From: a virus
Taxonomy: Duplodnaviria > Caudoviricetes
DNA length: 52,402 bases
Reading direction: 5' to 3' (one strand)
Virus record (IMG/VR): IMGVR_UViG_3300034106_003179
Coordinates: 1-52,402 of that record
Shown piece by piece: positions 16,070 to 25,928 of the stretch. Position 1 is the stretch's first letter, and every line of letters starts with the position of its first letter. The translations under genes were made by a program, and so were the position numbers. Under the pieces are notes generated by a model. That model made no database searches. It saw only the letters and a list, made by a program, of their open reading frames with translations, and was not told the DNA's origin.

Positions 16070-16782
16070 TCCTTTGCCCTTGCTACCGCGTCGCCGTTGA
16101 AGCAGCGGCGGCACGATTCACATACCCGAACAATCGACTCGCTCAGGTTGAGCGGACAATCGTGATCGACCGGCTCCATTCCGTCAAGGTCATATCCGTC
16201 ACGAAATATGACCGGTGCTATCGCTGCTGGCGGCACCTCGCCACGGTCGCACTGGTACGAATGAAACCACCGCAGCCCCGCAGGGGCGATCTGCTTGAAC
16301 CGCTCCAGCCGCTCCCACGAACTCTTATCGACCGACAAGTGCAGGTAGACGTTGGGGCGGGGCGTGAGCGTCGCGGCGATTTCTGGCTTGCGGCTGACCA
16401 CCCACTGCGGAACGCCGCTCAAGATTGTTGCTACGGAATCAATGCACGCGGGTGTCTCGGCAACAAGGTCGCCGCCGCCGCACCACCTGACATACGTCAA
16501 GCGGAGCCGCACGGCCCACGCCGCGATGCTGCCCGCGAGCCGGTGCGGGTCGGCCCGCAGGGAGTTGAGCAGCCGGTGCTGCTTGGCAAGGCTGGCGTTC
16601 CACGTCGCTGGGCCTTTGGCGAAGTAGCACGTCTCGGCACAGACGACGCTTGGCGTACACGTCCCGATGATCGGGAAGTTCAACGAATGCCCCGTGACCT
16701 TGTTCGTTGAGAAAGGATTCTCGTCGGGGGCCAGAAGCTCGTCGTGGCCCTGCGGTTTGCGGGCGAGGGTGGCAACGCTCAT
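16045..16782 (-). CDS. GP88-like Cys-rich (putative Fe-S) protein
   Basis: TCTPSVVCAETCYFAK, YVRWCGGGD, NVYLHLSVD, CPL...CESCRRC. Confidence 0.6.
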   Translation of the reverse strand: MSVATLARKPQGHDELLAPDENPFSTNKVTGHSLNFPIIGTCTPSVVCAETCYFAKGPATWNASLAKQHRLLNSLRADPHRLAGSIAAWAVRLRLTYVRWCGGGDLVAETPACIDSVATILSGVPQWVVSRKPEIAATLTPRPNVYLHLSVDKSSWERLERFKQIAPAGLRWFHSYQCDRGEVPPAAIAPVIFRDGYDLDGMEPVDHDCPLNLSESIVRVCESCRRCFNGDAVARAKECRANPAS

Positions 16783-16926
16783 GCGGCCACTTGACCAACG
16801 CTGTCAAGCAAACCGCCCCGCCGCGTGGAGGAGGCGGCGGGGCGGCAGCATGGAGCCATCCATGGCAGGCCAGTGTTACACGCCACCGCTGGCAGGGCGA
16901 CCCGTGTGGCTGACGATGAGCAGCCA

Positions 16927-17283
16927 CTACGCCGAGGGTGCGGCGGTGTTCAGATACTCCGTGATGCGTTCCCGCAGTTTGTCGTTCGTGTCGCGCAGCA
17001 CTTCGAGATACCGCCGCCCGTTTGGCTCGGCGTCGGCCTCCGCGAACGTCATGCCTTGGAACCGCCCGAACTGGAAGCGGAACTCCAAGCGGCTCGACTG
17101 CGGCTCGACCGCCGCCGGGCGGGTGACGGCAGGCACCAGTTCCATCACGCCGCAGAAGCAGCACTCCACCACGTCGTGCGGCACGCTGCGGCCCCGCTCC
17201 CGCACCATGCGGGTGTCGAAGGCTTCCCAGTGCGTTGCGTGGCAGCGGTAGCAGGGGGCGGCGTGGGGGTGGAAGTCGATCAT
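16927..17283 (-). CDS. Zn-ribbon protein with FGRFQG (DUF3820-like) C-terminus
   Basis: CYRC, CCFC, FQFGRFQGMTF. Confidence 0.55.
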   Translation of the reverse strand: MIDFHPHAAPCYRCHATHWEAFDTRMVRERGRSVPHDVVECCFCGVMELVPAVTRPAAVEPQSSRLEFRFQFGRFQGMTFAEADAEPNGRRYLEVLRDTNDKLRERITEYLNTAAPSA

Positions 17284-17705
17284 TGACCCGCCTCCCACAA
17301 CGTCCGCTGAATTGTTTCTTCGCAGTCGCCGCCCGATGAAAACACGCCCCAGTTGTCCCGGTACTTCCAAAAACGGCGAACCACGATTGTGTTCGGCCAT
17401 CGGCCGCTCGTTCCGCAGAGCGATTGGGCAGGAATAAAAAACCGCTCGCCGCGAAAGTTCAACGCGAGAACGTCGAAGTCAGTTCGCCGGTATCGTCGCG
17501 TACCGTTCTTGCCGTATGACTTACCAATGCGAACAGTGCCGTTCTTGTCGTGCGTAATGTTTTTGCACTGCACCTTTAGCCCGTTCACGACGGCATCGTG
17601 CGGGCGACAGCCGGATACCTTCCTCGCCTTGAGGCCGCTGCCTAGTGCAAGCTCGACGAACTCACGTTCCCAGACTTGCCCGGCAACCGCTGGGTTCAGC
17701 ATCAC
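17280..17705 (-). CDS. PD-(D/E/Q)xK-like endonuclease
   Basis: GQVWE, PHDAVVNGLKVQCK, YRRTDFDVLA; lower GC. Confidence 0.65.
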   Translation of the reverse strand: MMLNPAVAGQVWEREFVELALGSGLKARKVSGCRPHDAVVNGLKVQCKNITHDKNGTVRIGKSYGKNGTRRYRRTDFDVLALNFRGERFFIPAQSLCGTSGRWPNTIVVRRFWKYRDNWGVFSSGGDCEETIQRTLWEAGQ

Positions 17706-19348
17706 AGCACCTCCATGCGAGGCACCGGCTTGCCGTGCCGTCCCTCATTGACGATGTAAAGATTCCGCCGCGCCCGCGTCACGCCGACGTAGGCGATCCG
17801 GCACTCCTCGTCGTGCTGGTCGCGGTCGTCCTCGCGGCCCTGCTCGACCCGCTTGCCGACCGTCGTGAGCATCGCCACGTTGTCGGCCTCCATACCCTTG
17901 ACCGAGTGGATCGTGCCGACGCGAATCTTCGTGTTGGCGACCAGTTCCGGCCCCCACCGCTCCGCGTGCCGCCGCCACTCCTCGCCTCGGTCAACGAGGC
18001 CGCACCACTTACCGCTGCGAATCTTCTCCATCAGCGGCTCGGTCGCACCAACCTTCGTCAAGTCGTCGGAGAAGATCACGTCCCACTCGTCGGCGTGCTT
18101 CTTCGCCCAGCCGGTCTTCACGCCGCGCGCCAGCATCGGCTCCTTGTCTTTGTTTGTGCATGGCAACAATTCAATCGCCCGCGACCACTCCTTGCCGCTG
18201 ACGTGCTTGCCTTTCTCCAGCGCATAGAGGGCAGCGAGGCCCGTGCCGCGCGAGGTCGCCCCCTCCTGTTGCGTGACCCACTTCGCGGGTTTGCCCGCCG
18301 CGTGCAGGCTGGCGTAGAGCCGATTCGCCTCATAATTCGTGCGAGCGATAAACAGCCACTCCTCGTCTGGCCTCGCGCGGATGAATGGAAGTTCTGTCTC
18401 GCAGTCGAATATCTGCCCCTCATGGTCGGCCGGTGCAACCTTGCGGTCGAAGTACCCGCGGTACATGCGTCGCAGGCACCGCTCGCCCAGTTCGAGAATC
18501 GGCTTCGGGCAGCGGTAGCTTTTTGGCATCGTCCGCTCCTTTTCCGCAGGCCAGCCGAGGAAGCAGTCCGCAGACGATCCCGCGAAGCCAAAGATCGCCT
18601 GGAATGGATCGCCAACGACGTAGCACCACTTCACCGACTCCGCGGAAACGAGCCGCTTGCACGCCGCGTCGAGGAGCGGGCTGGCGTCCTGCTGCTCGTC
18701 GAACAGCCACGCCGACACGTCGGGCAACGTGCCTTCCGGTTCCGTTCGCTCGACGCCATCGACCGCGTGCAACCGGTAGCCTGAGAACCGCAGGAGCAAG
18801 TCGGAGAAGTCGAGCCGATCCTCCAGCCGCTTCGCCATCTCGTACCGTTCGGCTATCCGAACTACCGCGGCGTAGTCTGGCACGTCGTCGTCGAGCCGCC
18901 GCATCTTCCGCACGACTTCGCTGAGCGGTTGGAGCGTGTTCCTCGCTCGCTCCCAGCACGTCAACGCGGCCCCCTCCTGCCCGCCGACAAACTTCTGCCG
19001 CCCGGTGTCGTCGTCGATGGAGGTCGACACCTTCACACCGAGCGCGTTGCTAATCCATTCGGTGTCGGCCACGGCGTTGCCGATCAACTGCCCCGGCTCC
19101 AACGCCAAGCAGCGGCGAGCGGTCGAGTGAACGGTGCGGAACCACCCTTCGCCGTCGAGCAGCGACGGCGGGACGTTCCACGCCGCCGCCGCCCGGCTCA
19201 CGGCCTCGGCCCGTGCAGCCCGCGTGAAACTGGCGAAGCCAAGCCGCAGGGGATTGCCGCCCAGTTTGGGCAACGCCCCCTCCATGATGTTGAGCAGTTC
19301 GGTCGTCTTGCCGCTGCCCGCCGCGCCAATGAGTCTCGCTATCTTCAC
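17702..19348 (-). CDS. UvrD/Rep-like SF1 helicase
   Basis: GAAGSGKTT, FTRAA, RTVHS, DEQQD, GDPFQAIF, SYRCP, TIHSVKGMEAD, YVGVTRAR. Confidence 0.92.
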   Translation of the reverse strand: MKIARLIGAAGSGKTTELLNIMEGALPKLGGNPLRLGFASFTRAARAEAVSRAAAAWNVPPSLLDGEGWFRTVHSTARRCLALEPGQLIGNAVADTEWISNALGVKVSTSIDDDTGRQKFVGGQEGAALTCWERARNTLQPLSEVVRKMRRLDDDVPDYAAVVRIAERYEMAKRLEDRLDFSDLLLRFSGYRLHAVDGVERTEPEGTLPDVSAWLFDEQQDASPLLDAACKRLVSAESVKWCYVVGDPFQAIFGFAGSSADCFLGWPAEKERTMPKSYRCPKPILELGERCLRRMYRGYFDRKVAPADHEGQIFDCETELPFIRARPDEEWLFIARTNYEANRLYASLHAAGKPAKWVTQQEGATSRGTGLAALYALEKGKHVSGKEWSRAIELLPCTNKDKEPMLARGVKTGWAKKHADEWDVIFSDDLTKVGATEPLMEKIRSGKWCGLVDRGEEWRRHAERWGPELVANTKIRVGTIHSVKGMEADNVAMLTTVGKRVEQGREDDRDQHDEECRIAYVGVTRARRNLYIVNEGRHGKPVPRMEVL

Positions 19349-19409
19349 TAGATTGCCCTCGCTAAAACCAACAGGGGGGTACGAAAGTGATTTGCCCAAA
19401 AGTTCTCAC

Positions 19410-19541
19410 GGCAAAAACAGTTTTCCCGCCAATTTTCCCGGCACGTTTCGCCCTTGTTTTTAAGGCACCAAACGCACTTTGCCGGGAAAACGAGTCGCCG
19501 CGAAGGTGTTTTGGGCATGTTGAAATTTCCCATATAACTAG
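19410..19541. repeat. 132-bp element copy A, candidate replication origin
   Basis: Phased A/T tracts and TTTTCCCGGCA/TGCCGGGAAAA inverted repeat between primase and helicase; gapless similarity to 28601-28732. Confidence 0.65.
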
Positions 19542-21265
19542 ACCGATTCCCCGGAGGGCGGCAGCGCGAGCGGGCCAGCGGTCGTCAGCGTTGCCGCCAT
19601 GTCCTCCAGCACCGCGAACTCCCTCCTAGACCACACCACGTACGATTTGCGGGCACCGCCGAGGTGGCGGTGTTCCTCATGCCGGAAATCCTCCGACGCC
19701 CCCATACGGGCAAGCAGGCGCCTCTTGAGGGCCAGCCGCTCCCCGGTCTCGACGCGGTGCTGCCGTTCGATGTCTTCCCAAATCTTTCCCCACGCAAACC
19801 AGAGCGTGCCGTCGGCCCGCCACGCGGCCCGGCCCGTTGGGTCGGGAATGTCGTCGTCGGACGGCTGGGCAGCCTGAGCCAGCCGGTCGTAGAGCCATGA
19901 GGCCAGAAGCACGTACCGCAGGCTGCTTGCTCCCGGCCACTCCTCGCCCGCGTTGTCGAGGAGCTTCGCCTTGACCCCGCGTGCGTTTCGCTTCGTCGCC
20001 CGGTCGCCCGCCGACACGTTGTCCCGCACCTTGTAGCCGCCGTCCCAAATCTGCTTCCACCGCTTCGGGTCGTCGTCGAGCATCACGCGGCCCGTCGCGG
20101 CCAGCACCTGCGCCGCGACCTTCGACGCCGAGCGGTATTGGTCTACCGTGAGCGTGACGTTGCCCGTCTTGTCGGCGGTCAGCTCCCGCCAGTGCGGAAC
20201 GTGGAGCCGGTACTCAATCGGGTCGGAATGCACCACGGTCAGGCTCCATTCGCCCGGCCCCCATTCCGGCTCGCTGTCCGAGTCGGGCGTGAGCGGCGAG
20301 AACGACAAGCCCACCGCCGTAAAGACCCGCTGCCAGCCGGTCGGCGTCAGCCCCGGTTGCCGGGCCGTCGGCACCGGCAGCGGGGCATTGTCGGCGGCGG
20401 CAATCGCCGCTTCGGTCGCCACGCCCGCCGAACGCGTCTTGCGGACGTAGGCCACCGCGGAGCGGTACAGCCCCACGACTTCGGAATCCTCCAGCGGCGG
20501 CTTGCACTGGATCGTGTTGACCGCCCGAATCTTGAGCAGCAAGTCCTGCTGCTCCCGCTCGTTGTCGAGGTTCGGCCCGGAGCGGAACGCTTCCGCGATG
20601 GCGAAGCGGTGCAGTTCGTTGTTGCGACCGCCACTGGCGACCGGGCGGTGCAGCATCTCGCGGGCGGGCGAGCGGGCAATCCGCTGCGTCTGCCCGTCGT
20701 CATTCCAGAGCAGCGAGAGCAGCCGTTCGGGGAGCGGCTGAAGCTCCACGTCGTCGGGCGACAACCCCGGCACCCACTCGTAGCGGACGCCCGTGTGGTG
20801 CGTCGAGGGCGGCACGACCGACTGCGCGGCCTTGCCGCCGTTGCCGATCCGCACTTCGATCCCCAGCACCTTCCGCACCGCGACCGCGGGCAAGTCCTCT
20901 TGCCACCGAAACAGCCGATGCGGGCCACGCCCGGCCCGGTAGGTCGGCGTCCAGATTTCACCAAGGCCCAATTCCTCCCACGCCGCCTTCGCATCCTCGC
21001 CGTCCAGTTCCACGTCGATGACGCCCGACTTCGGGCCGAGGAGCAGGCCGACGTTCACCGGCCTGCCGCTATCAAACCACGACAAGACTTCTTCCTCGTC
21101 GTTCGTCGCGGACAGGTGCCACGCGTCGCCGCCCGATGGATGCTTGCCCGGCGTGCCGCAGTCGCGGCCCTTCCAGCAGGTGCAGACTTCCGGCTCGACC
21201 ACGCCGTAGAGCGGCACCAGATGCCAGCCCAGCCGCGTGTAGGAAGCCGCCAGTACGTTGCTCAT
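19538..21265 (-). CDS. Bifunctional primase-polymerase with PriCT-like domain
   Basis: GWHLVPL, CTC..C.TPGKHP, NVGLLLG, IDVELD, GPHRLF, VVPPSTH, GGRNNEL, KPPLEDSEV. Confidence 0.88.
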   Translation of the reverse strand: MSNVLAASYTRLGWHLVPLYGVVEPEVCTCWKGRDCGTPGKHPSGGDAWHLSATNDEEEVLSWFDSGRPVNVGLLLGPKSGVIDVELDGEDAKAAWEELGLGEIWTPTYRAGRGPHRLFRWQEDLPAVAVRKVLGIEVRIGNGGKAAQSVVPPSTHHTGVRYEWVPGLSPDDVELQPLPERLLSLLWNDDGQTQRIARSPAREMLHRPVASGGRNNELHRFAIAEAFRSGPNLDNEREQQDLLLKIRAVNTIQCKPPLEDSEVVGLYRSAVAYVRKTRSAGVATEAAIAAADNAPLPVPTARQPGLTPTGWQRVFTAVGLSFSPLTPDSDSEPEWGPGEWSLTVVHSDPIEYRLHVPHWRELTADKTGNVTLTVDQYRSASKVAAQVLAATGRVMLDDDPKRWKQIWDGGYKVRDNVSAGDRATKRNARGVKAKLLDNAGEEWPGASSLRYVLLASWLYDRLAQAAQPSDDDIPDPTGRAAWRADGTLWFAWGKIWEDIERQHRVETGERLALKRRLLARMGASEDFRHEEHRHLGGARKSYVVWSRREFAVLEDMAATLTTAGPLALPPSGESV

Positions 21266-21287
21266 CGCCAGAACCTCCGTGAGTGGT

Positions 21288-21329
21288 GAAGAAAAGCCCC
21301 CGCGCCGCGTCTCCACGCGACGCGGGGGC
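21288..21329 (-). terminator. Rho-independent terminator
   Basis: GC stem followed by TTTTCTTC on the minus strand. Confidence 0.55.
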
Positions 21330-21354
21330 ATACGACCGACGAGCCTTTCCCTGA

Positions 21355-22119
21355 CTACGCCGCATCCTGCGGTACGTCGATCTGAGTCGCGACGCGAGAC
21401 AGCGGCTCGGTGTAGAGCCGCCGCACAATGTCGCCTTCTTCCTTCGTGATCGTCCCGACGAACCGCGGCACGATCTGCGAGTACGGTTGCCCGCCCGCAT
21501 TCTCCACCCGGTCGAGGGTCAGGCTGACCATCGCCCGGTAGTGCGGCACCGACAAACGCTTCACGAACGGCGTCACCGTCTTGAGGCTGCCCGGCCCAGC
21601 CGTGACCAGCAGCGGCCACGCCTCGTCGGCACGGAGGATCGCCAACAGGCGGCTCTCCTTGCACCGCTTGCCGCGACCGGACTTCGACGTGCCGTACTGG
21701 TTGTAGGGCAATCTCGTCCAATCGTAGGTGCGGTCGCCCGTGCGACACGACTCCAGCACCTCAGCGTCGAGGTCGCCGATTTCCTCGTTGACCCGAACCG
21801 CGGTCATGAGGTCATACGACACCAGCACCGGAGACGCCTTGCCCTGCGGCTCCTCGCTGCCCCACAACGTGCCACGCACGCCGTAGTAGACGAGGATGCC
21901 GTCGATGCTCTTGGCACTCTGCTCGTTATTGCCAGAGTCCGTCCAGCTCCACACCTTCCCGCCGCCCGCAGGCGTCGAGACGCGAGGGAGGTCAGACGCG
22001 AGCAACGATTCGCCCGGCCCAAGGTTCGCCATCAGAGCCTCACGCACGTCCGAGTCGGGACGCAACGCAAGGAACTTGCTCTCGGCTGCACCCGTGATGA
22101 GTTCGCCAGTAGGAGCCAT
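21355..22119 (-). CDS. Putative ssDNA-binding/replication accessory protein
   Basis: LPRVSTP..GG, QYGT...GKRCKE, PGSLK pattern, in replication block. Confidence 0.5.
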   Translation of the reverse strand: MAPTGELITGAAESKFLALRPDSDVREALMANLGPGESLLASDLPRVSTPAGGGKVWSWTDSGNNEQSAKSIDGILVYYGVRGTLWGSEEPQGKASPVLVSYDLMTAVRVNEEIGDLDAEVLESCRTGDRTYDWTRLPYNQYGTSKSGRGKRCKESRLLAILRADEAWPLLVTAGPGSLKTVTPFVKRLSVPHYRAMVSLTLDRVENAGGQPYSQIVPRFVGTITKEEGDIVRRLYTEPLSRVATQIDVPQDAA

Positions 22120-22174
22120 CAAACCACCAATCCTTTCTTGAAGTGGAAAAGAGAAACGAAACGTACCCAAACAA

Positions 22175-22612
22175 TCAACCCAACGTGCGATGCGACAGCC
22201 GCATCTCACGGAATTCACGAACCAGACCCGCAAACGGAGTGCCGTCGGCCAGCGCGGAATCCGCCGTGCCGTCGCCGCCCCGCTGCTCAATCAGCCAACT
22301 CTTGAGCGTGGTGGTGTTCACCGCGATCAAGTCGTCGAGGCCCGCCGACTCGGCCGCTTCGACCACGGCCTCGCGGTTCTCGGTCGGCACCGACACGCTG
22401 AAAAACTCCCGCACGTACCACGACTTGCCCGCCGCCCGCACACCGTCGAGGCCCGACGCGGCCAACTGCTCGACCGCCAACTGCTCGGCCTCGTCGAGAG
22501 CCTTGTTGATCTTCTTCGCCTCGTTGGCAATCCGATCCTTCTCGGCTTGCAACGACGCGACGCGTTCCAGAATCGCGGCCAACTGGACCGGCTGGGATTC
22601 AACTGAACTCAT
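22175..22612 (-). CDS. Phage coiled-coil protein (gp33-like)
   Basis: Coiled coil followed by VNTTTLKSWL. Confidence 0.6.
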   Translation of the reverse strand: MSSVESQPVQLAAILERVASLQAEKDRIANEAKKINKALDEAEQLAVEQLAASGLDGVRAAGKSWYVREFFSVSVPTENREAVVEAAESAGLDDLIAVNTTTLKSWLIEQRGGDGTADSALADGTPFAGLVREFREMRLSHRTLG

Positions 22613-24018
22613 GCTACCGACTCCTTTCTCGGAGACAGGTTCTGCAGCACCGCCTCGACAACGCTTCGACGCTCCTTCAATGCCGCATAGACTTGCTGAT
22701 CGACCGTGCCGGGGGCGACGAGGTGGTAGTAGCGGATGCACCGCGTCTGCCCCGGTCGCCGCAGGCGGGCGAGCGATTGCTCGTAGTCGCCCAGCGAGTA
22801 GCCGAGCGAGTAGTAAATGGCATACGCTGCCCGCGTGAGGTCGATGCCGACACCACCCGATTGAATCTGCACGCCAAGAATCACGGCGTCGCCTGCCTGC
22901 CACCGCTCCAAGTCCTTCCGCTCGCCGCTGACTTCCGCATACTCGCGGCCCAACTCGCGGGCCGCTGCCTGCACGTCGTCGAGGTCGGAGCGGAACCGGC
23001 AGAACACGACGACCGGCTCCGTCACGGGAAGATCGGACAGACGATCCTCAAGCACGGCCCGCTTCGTCGGCATCCCGTCGATCAGCACCGTGCCTGCCTC
23101 GTCGGTGCGGGCGTAGCCGCTCGTCGCCTGTTGCAGCCGCAGCAGTTTGGTCAGTGCGTTCGCCGCCGTCACCGTCCCCGCCGAAATCTCGGCGGTCATT
23201 TCCTTCTCCAACTGGCGGTAGAACTTCATCGTCGCGGGCGACAACGGCACCGGGATCGTTTCATGGATCGCGTCGGGCAAGTCCAGCACCTCGTCGGCGG
23301 TGACCCGCCAGCAGTGGGCGTCGAGCTTCGCCGTCAGTTCGTCTTGGTTCCTCCACTTCCGTACCTTGCTCGGAAAGCGTGGATCGCACTCCGCGTACCT
23401 CGCCCGCATCCGCGTGAACGACGAGCCGAACACCTGCGGGTCGAGGAAGCGGAACTGCCCGTAGAGGTCGAGCGGCGAGTGCGGCATCGGCGTCCCAGTG
23501 AGGCACAGCCGCTTTGCGTGCTGGTGCCGCGTCGCCAGTTTCGCCAGCCAGCGGCTCGCCTTGCCGCCCGGCGATTTGATCCGGTGCGACTCATCCAAAA
23601 CGATAGCCGCCCACCGCACCGCCTCGACCGCCTTGCCCAACTCGCCACGCCACACGGCGTCGTAGTTCACGACGACGACGAGCGTCGTGTCGCCTGCCGT
23701 CGCCATCGCCTGCTGCAACCGTTCGGCCCGCTTCTTGGCTGGGCCTTCGTGAATCAGCACCGCTTTCATCTTCTTGCCCGATAGGCCGAGCGTGAGGATC
23801 GCGGTGAATGTTTTCCCAGTACCCATGTCCAGCCCGAACAGCGACGCGTGCCGCTCCCGTGCCCACTCCGCAGCCTCGGCTTGATGCTTCCACGCCTCGA
23901 ACGCTCCGAGCGAGGCACCGTCGACAACCTTCTCCCATGCGGGAGCAACGGCCTGCGGGCAGACGACAAGGATATGCGGTCGCATTTTCATGCGGTCGAA
24001 CGAATCGTGCCATGCCAT
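22609..24018 (-). CDS. SNF2-family helicase with permuted N-terminal motifs
   Basis: DMGTGKT, LDESHRIK, LTGTP, GVGIDLT, QSLARLRRPGQ; motif Ia precedes motif I. Confidence 0.9.
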   Translation of the reverse strand: MAWHDSFDRMKMRPHILVVCPQAVAPAWEKVVDGASLGAFEAWKHQAEAAEWARERHASLFGLDMGTGKTFTAILTLGLSGKKMKAVLIHEGPAKKRAERLQQAMATAGDTTLVVVVNYDAVWRGELGKAVEAVRWAAIVLDESHRIKSPGGKASRWLAKLATRHQHAKRLCLTGTPMPHSPLDLYGQFRFLDPQVFGSSFTRMRARYAECDPRFPSKVRKWRNQDELTAKLDAHCWRVTADEVLDLPDAIHETIPVPLSPATMKFYRQLEKEMTAEISAGTVTAANALTKLLRLQQATSGYARTDEAGTVLIDGMPTKRAVLEDRLSDLPVTEPVVVFCRFRSDLDDVQAAARELGREYAEVSGERKDLERWQAGDAVILGVQIQSGGVGIDLTRAAYAIYYSLGYSLGDYEQSLARLRRPGQTRCIRYYHLVAPGTVDQQVYAALKERRSVVEAVLQNLSPRKESVA

Positions 24019-24019
24019 T

Positions 24020-24337
24020 TCAGTTGTCCTCCTGCTGCAAGAGGTCGGCTTCGATTGCCTCCCACCTCGCTTCGATCTGGTTGTCGGCCCACGTGTGTAC
24101 CTCGTCCAAGACGCCGAGCGTCACCGGGCGGGGCAGGCCGATGGCCGACGTGACTTCCTTGACCGTGATCTTGCGAACGTCCGCAGTCGGTGGCGTCGAG
24201 GGCCAGCCGTCGCCGTTGGCATCCCGCCAGCAACCGGGGTCGCCGGGGTCGAGGTCGTAGGTGATCTCGACTTCGACTTCGCAGCAGTTCAGCCGCAGGT
24301 CGTCGTTGTCGTCGGTGAGCGTGAGCGTGTGCGTCAT
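24020..24337 (-). CDS. Acidic hypothetical protein
   Basis: 105 aa, ATGA overlap. Confidence 0.65.
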   Translation of the reverse strand: MTHTLTLTDDNDDLRLNCCEVEVEITYDLDPGDPGCWRDANGDGWPSTPPTADVRKITVKEVTSAIGLPRPVTLGVLDEVHTWADNQIEARWEAIEADLLQQEDN

Positions 24338-24618
24338 GCCGTCACCTCGTTTCGCAGTTGCGTCCGCAGCCCGTCGATCTGCTCATGGATGCCGCGTGCG
24401 ATCTCGGCCAACGCCGTCGCCATCGCACGGTTGGCGTCGGCCCGCGTTTCGTGCCAGCCGTCCGTAACCTTCGACAACTGCTGTCCGCAGCGGACGAGCA
24501 GCTGACCGTCGGCCACGATGTCCGTCACCGTGCCCTCGTAGAGATACGTCACGATCCCACCCAGGTCGCTCACCATCGTGCCCACATAGGGGCGGTACAC
24601 CGTTTCACCTGCGTCCAT
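24334..24618 (-). CDS. Hypothetical protein
   Basis: RBS AGGAG before ATG 24618. Confidence 0.65.
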   Translation of the reverse strand: MDAGETVYRPYVGTMVSDLGGIVTYLYEGTVTDIVADGQLLVRCGQQLSKVTDGWHETRADANRAMATALAEIARGIHEQIDGLRTQLRNEVTA

Positions 24619-24646
24619 GACTACTGCTCCTGTGATTCCGTTCGTG

Positions 24647-24698
24647 AAAAAGAAAAGCCGGGGCGGGCGGGAGAACGGAGGGCCCGTCCCGCCCCGGC
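24647..24698 (-). terminator. Rho-independent terminator
   Basis: GCCGGGGCGGG stem followed by TTTTCTTTTT. Confidence 0.7.
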
Positions 24699-24715
24699 AC
24701 ACCGATGGCAGGCAA

Positions 24716-25603
24716 CTAGACCGCCATCGTCAGCGCGAGCCTTTCGGCCTGCGCTACTTTGCCGTCGTGCAACGCCCGCACGATCCGCTCCATCTCGGTC
24801 GGGCGACCGCGACGGATGCTGTCGTGCTGCACGTAGCCTTGGATCGCGTTGAACGCCTCCCAAGCCGACACGCGGAAGTCGGAGCCGATGGCCCCGCGGC
24901 CCGTGACCGTCCGCTCCGTGACCAACCGACGGAAGATTGCTTCCGTGCGGTTCTTGTGCATCGTGACCGACCGGCCCTCGTCGCTCTTGGGCTCGCCATA
25001 GATGGCGTTCAAGAACTCGACCATCCGCACTTCGCGGGACTGCATCTGCTGCACGACCGTCGTGAGGTTGCCCCAGCCAGCTTCCAGCGAGGCGAACGTA
25101 GCGATCAACTCATCCATCTGGAGTCGCAGGCTCGACGTGTGGCGAATCGCCACGTTCGTACCTTCGGCCATCCGCAGGATCATCATGTTCCGGCAGGCGT
25201 CGCGGTACATTCCGAGCGAAGCCCGAAACGCCTGCCCGCCGTAGCCCGCATCGATGACGACGCGGGGGAACACGTTGTCCTTCGTGCCGTACACCGCGAG
25301 CCGCCGTTCCTTCGTCGGCTGGATCGTGACGTAGTGGCCGTGGTCGAAGTGGCACTTCACGTCGGCCACCCCGTCGAACGCCACGCCCGCCGCCTCGACC
25401 AACGCCAGCACGTCGTCGGTCGTGTGCGGCGTGTAGCGGTCGCTGACCGAGCCGTAGCCCACGGCCTGCCCGTCGTCGCTCTTGAACAGCCCGTAGAACG
25501 GCGTCCGCATGTTCTCCGGCCCCCGCAGCGGGAACTTGTCGATGGAGAAGTTGAAGGCCGAGCGAACCTTGTCGGCCACGTTGCAAGTGATCATGTCGTT
25601 CAT
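24716..25603 (-). CDS. DUF932/DUF945-family protein
   Basis: VSDRYTP, YRDACRNMM, IRHTSS, SAWEAFNAIQGY. Confidence 0.75.
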   Translation of the reverse strand: MNDMITCNVADKVRSAFNFSIDKFPLRGPENMRTPFYGLFKSDDGQAVGYGSVSDRYTPHTTDDVLALVEAAGVAFDGVADVKCHFDHGHYVTIQPTKERRLAVYGTKDNVFPRVVIDAGYGGQAFRASLGMYRDACRNMMILRMAEGTNVAIRHTSSLRLQMDELIATFASLEAGWGNLTTVVQQMQSREVRMVEFLNAIYGEPKSDEGRSVTMHKNRTEAIFRRLVTERTVTGRGAIGSDFRVSAWEAFNAIQGYVQHDSIRRGRPTEMERIVRALHDGKVAQAERLALTMAV

Positions 25604-25679
25604 CGTGAAATCCTCCGTAGTTATGAAACCTAAACAATCAGTCCAGCGGCACGGCCAACGCGGCCGGGTCGCAAGTCGG

Positions 25680-25883
25680 TCAGCCGATCACGATCTCCTC
25701 GACCGCCAGCCCCTCTTGCTCGCGGATCACGCGGCAGAGGTTTTCGATCAGCGTGAGCGTGGCATCCACGTTGGCGGGGTTGTCGCCCACCTTCGTCGTG
25801 AGCCGCGTCCGCATGTCGTCGCGGCCGAGGTAGTTGATCGCGTCCTTGATCTTCTTGAAGTCCATTTTGCTGGCAGGGGTCAT
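25680..25883 (-). CDS. Small early protein
   Basis: 67 aa, RBS GGAG. Confidence 0.65.
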   Translation of the reverse strand: MTPASKMDFKKIKDAINYLGRDDMRTRLTTKVGDNPANVDATLTLIENLCRVIREQEGLAVEEIVIG

Positions 25884-25928
25884 CGTCGTGTCTCCGTTGT
25901 GGGGGTGTTGGGGAGTCCGAACAATCAG

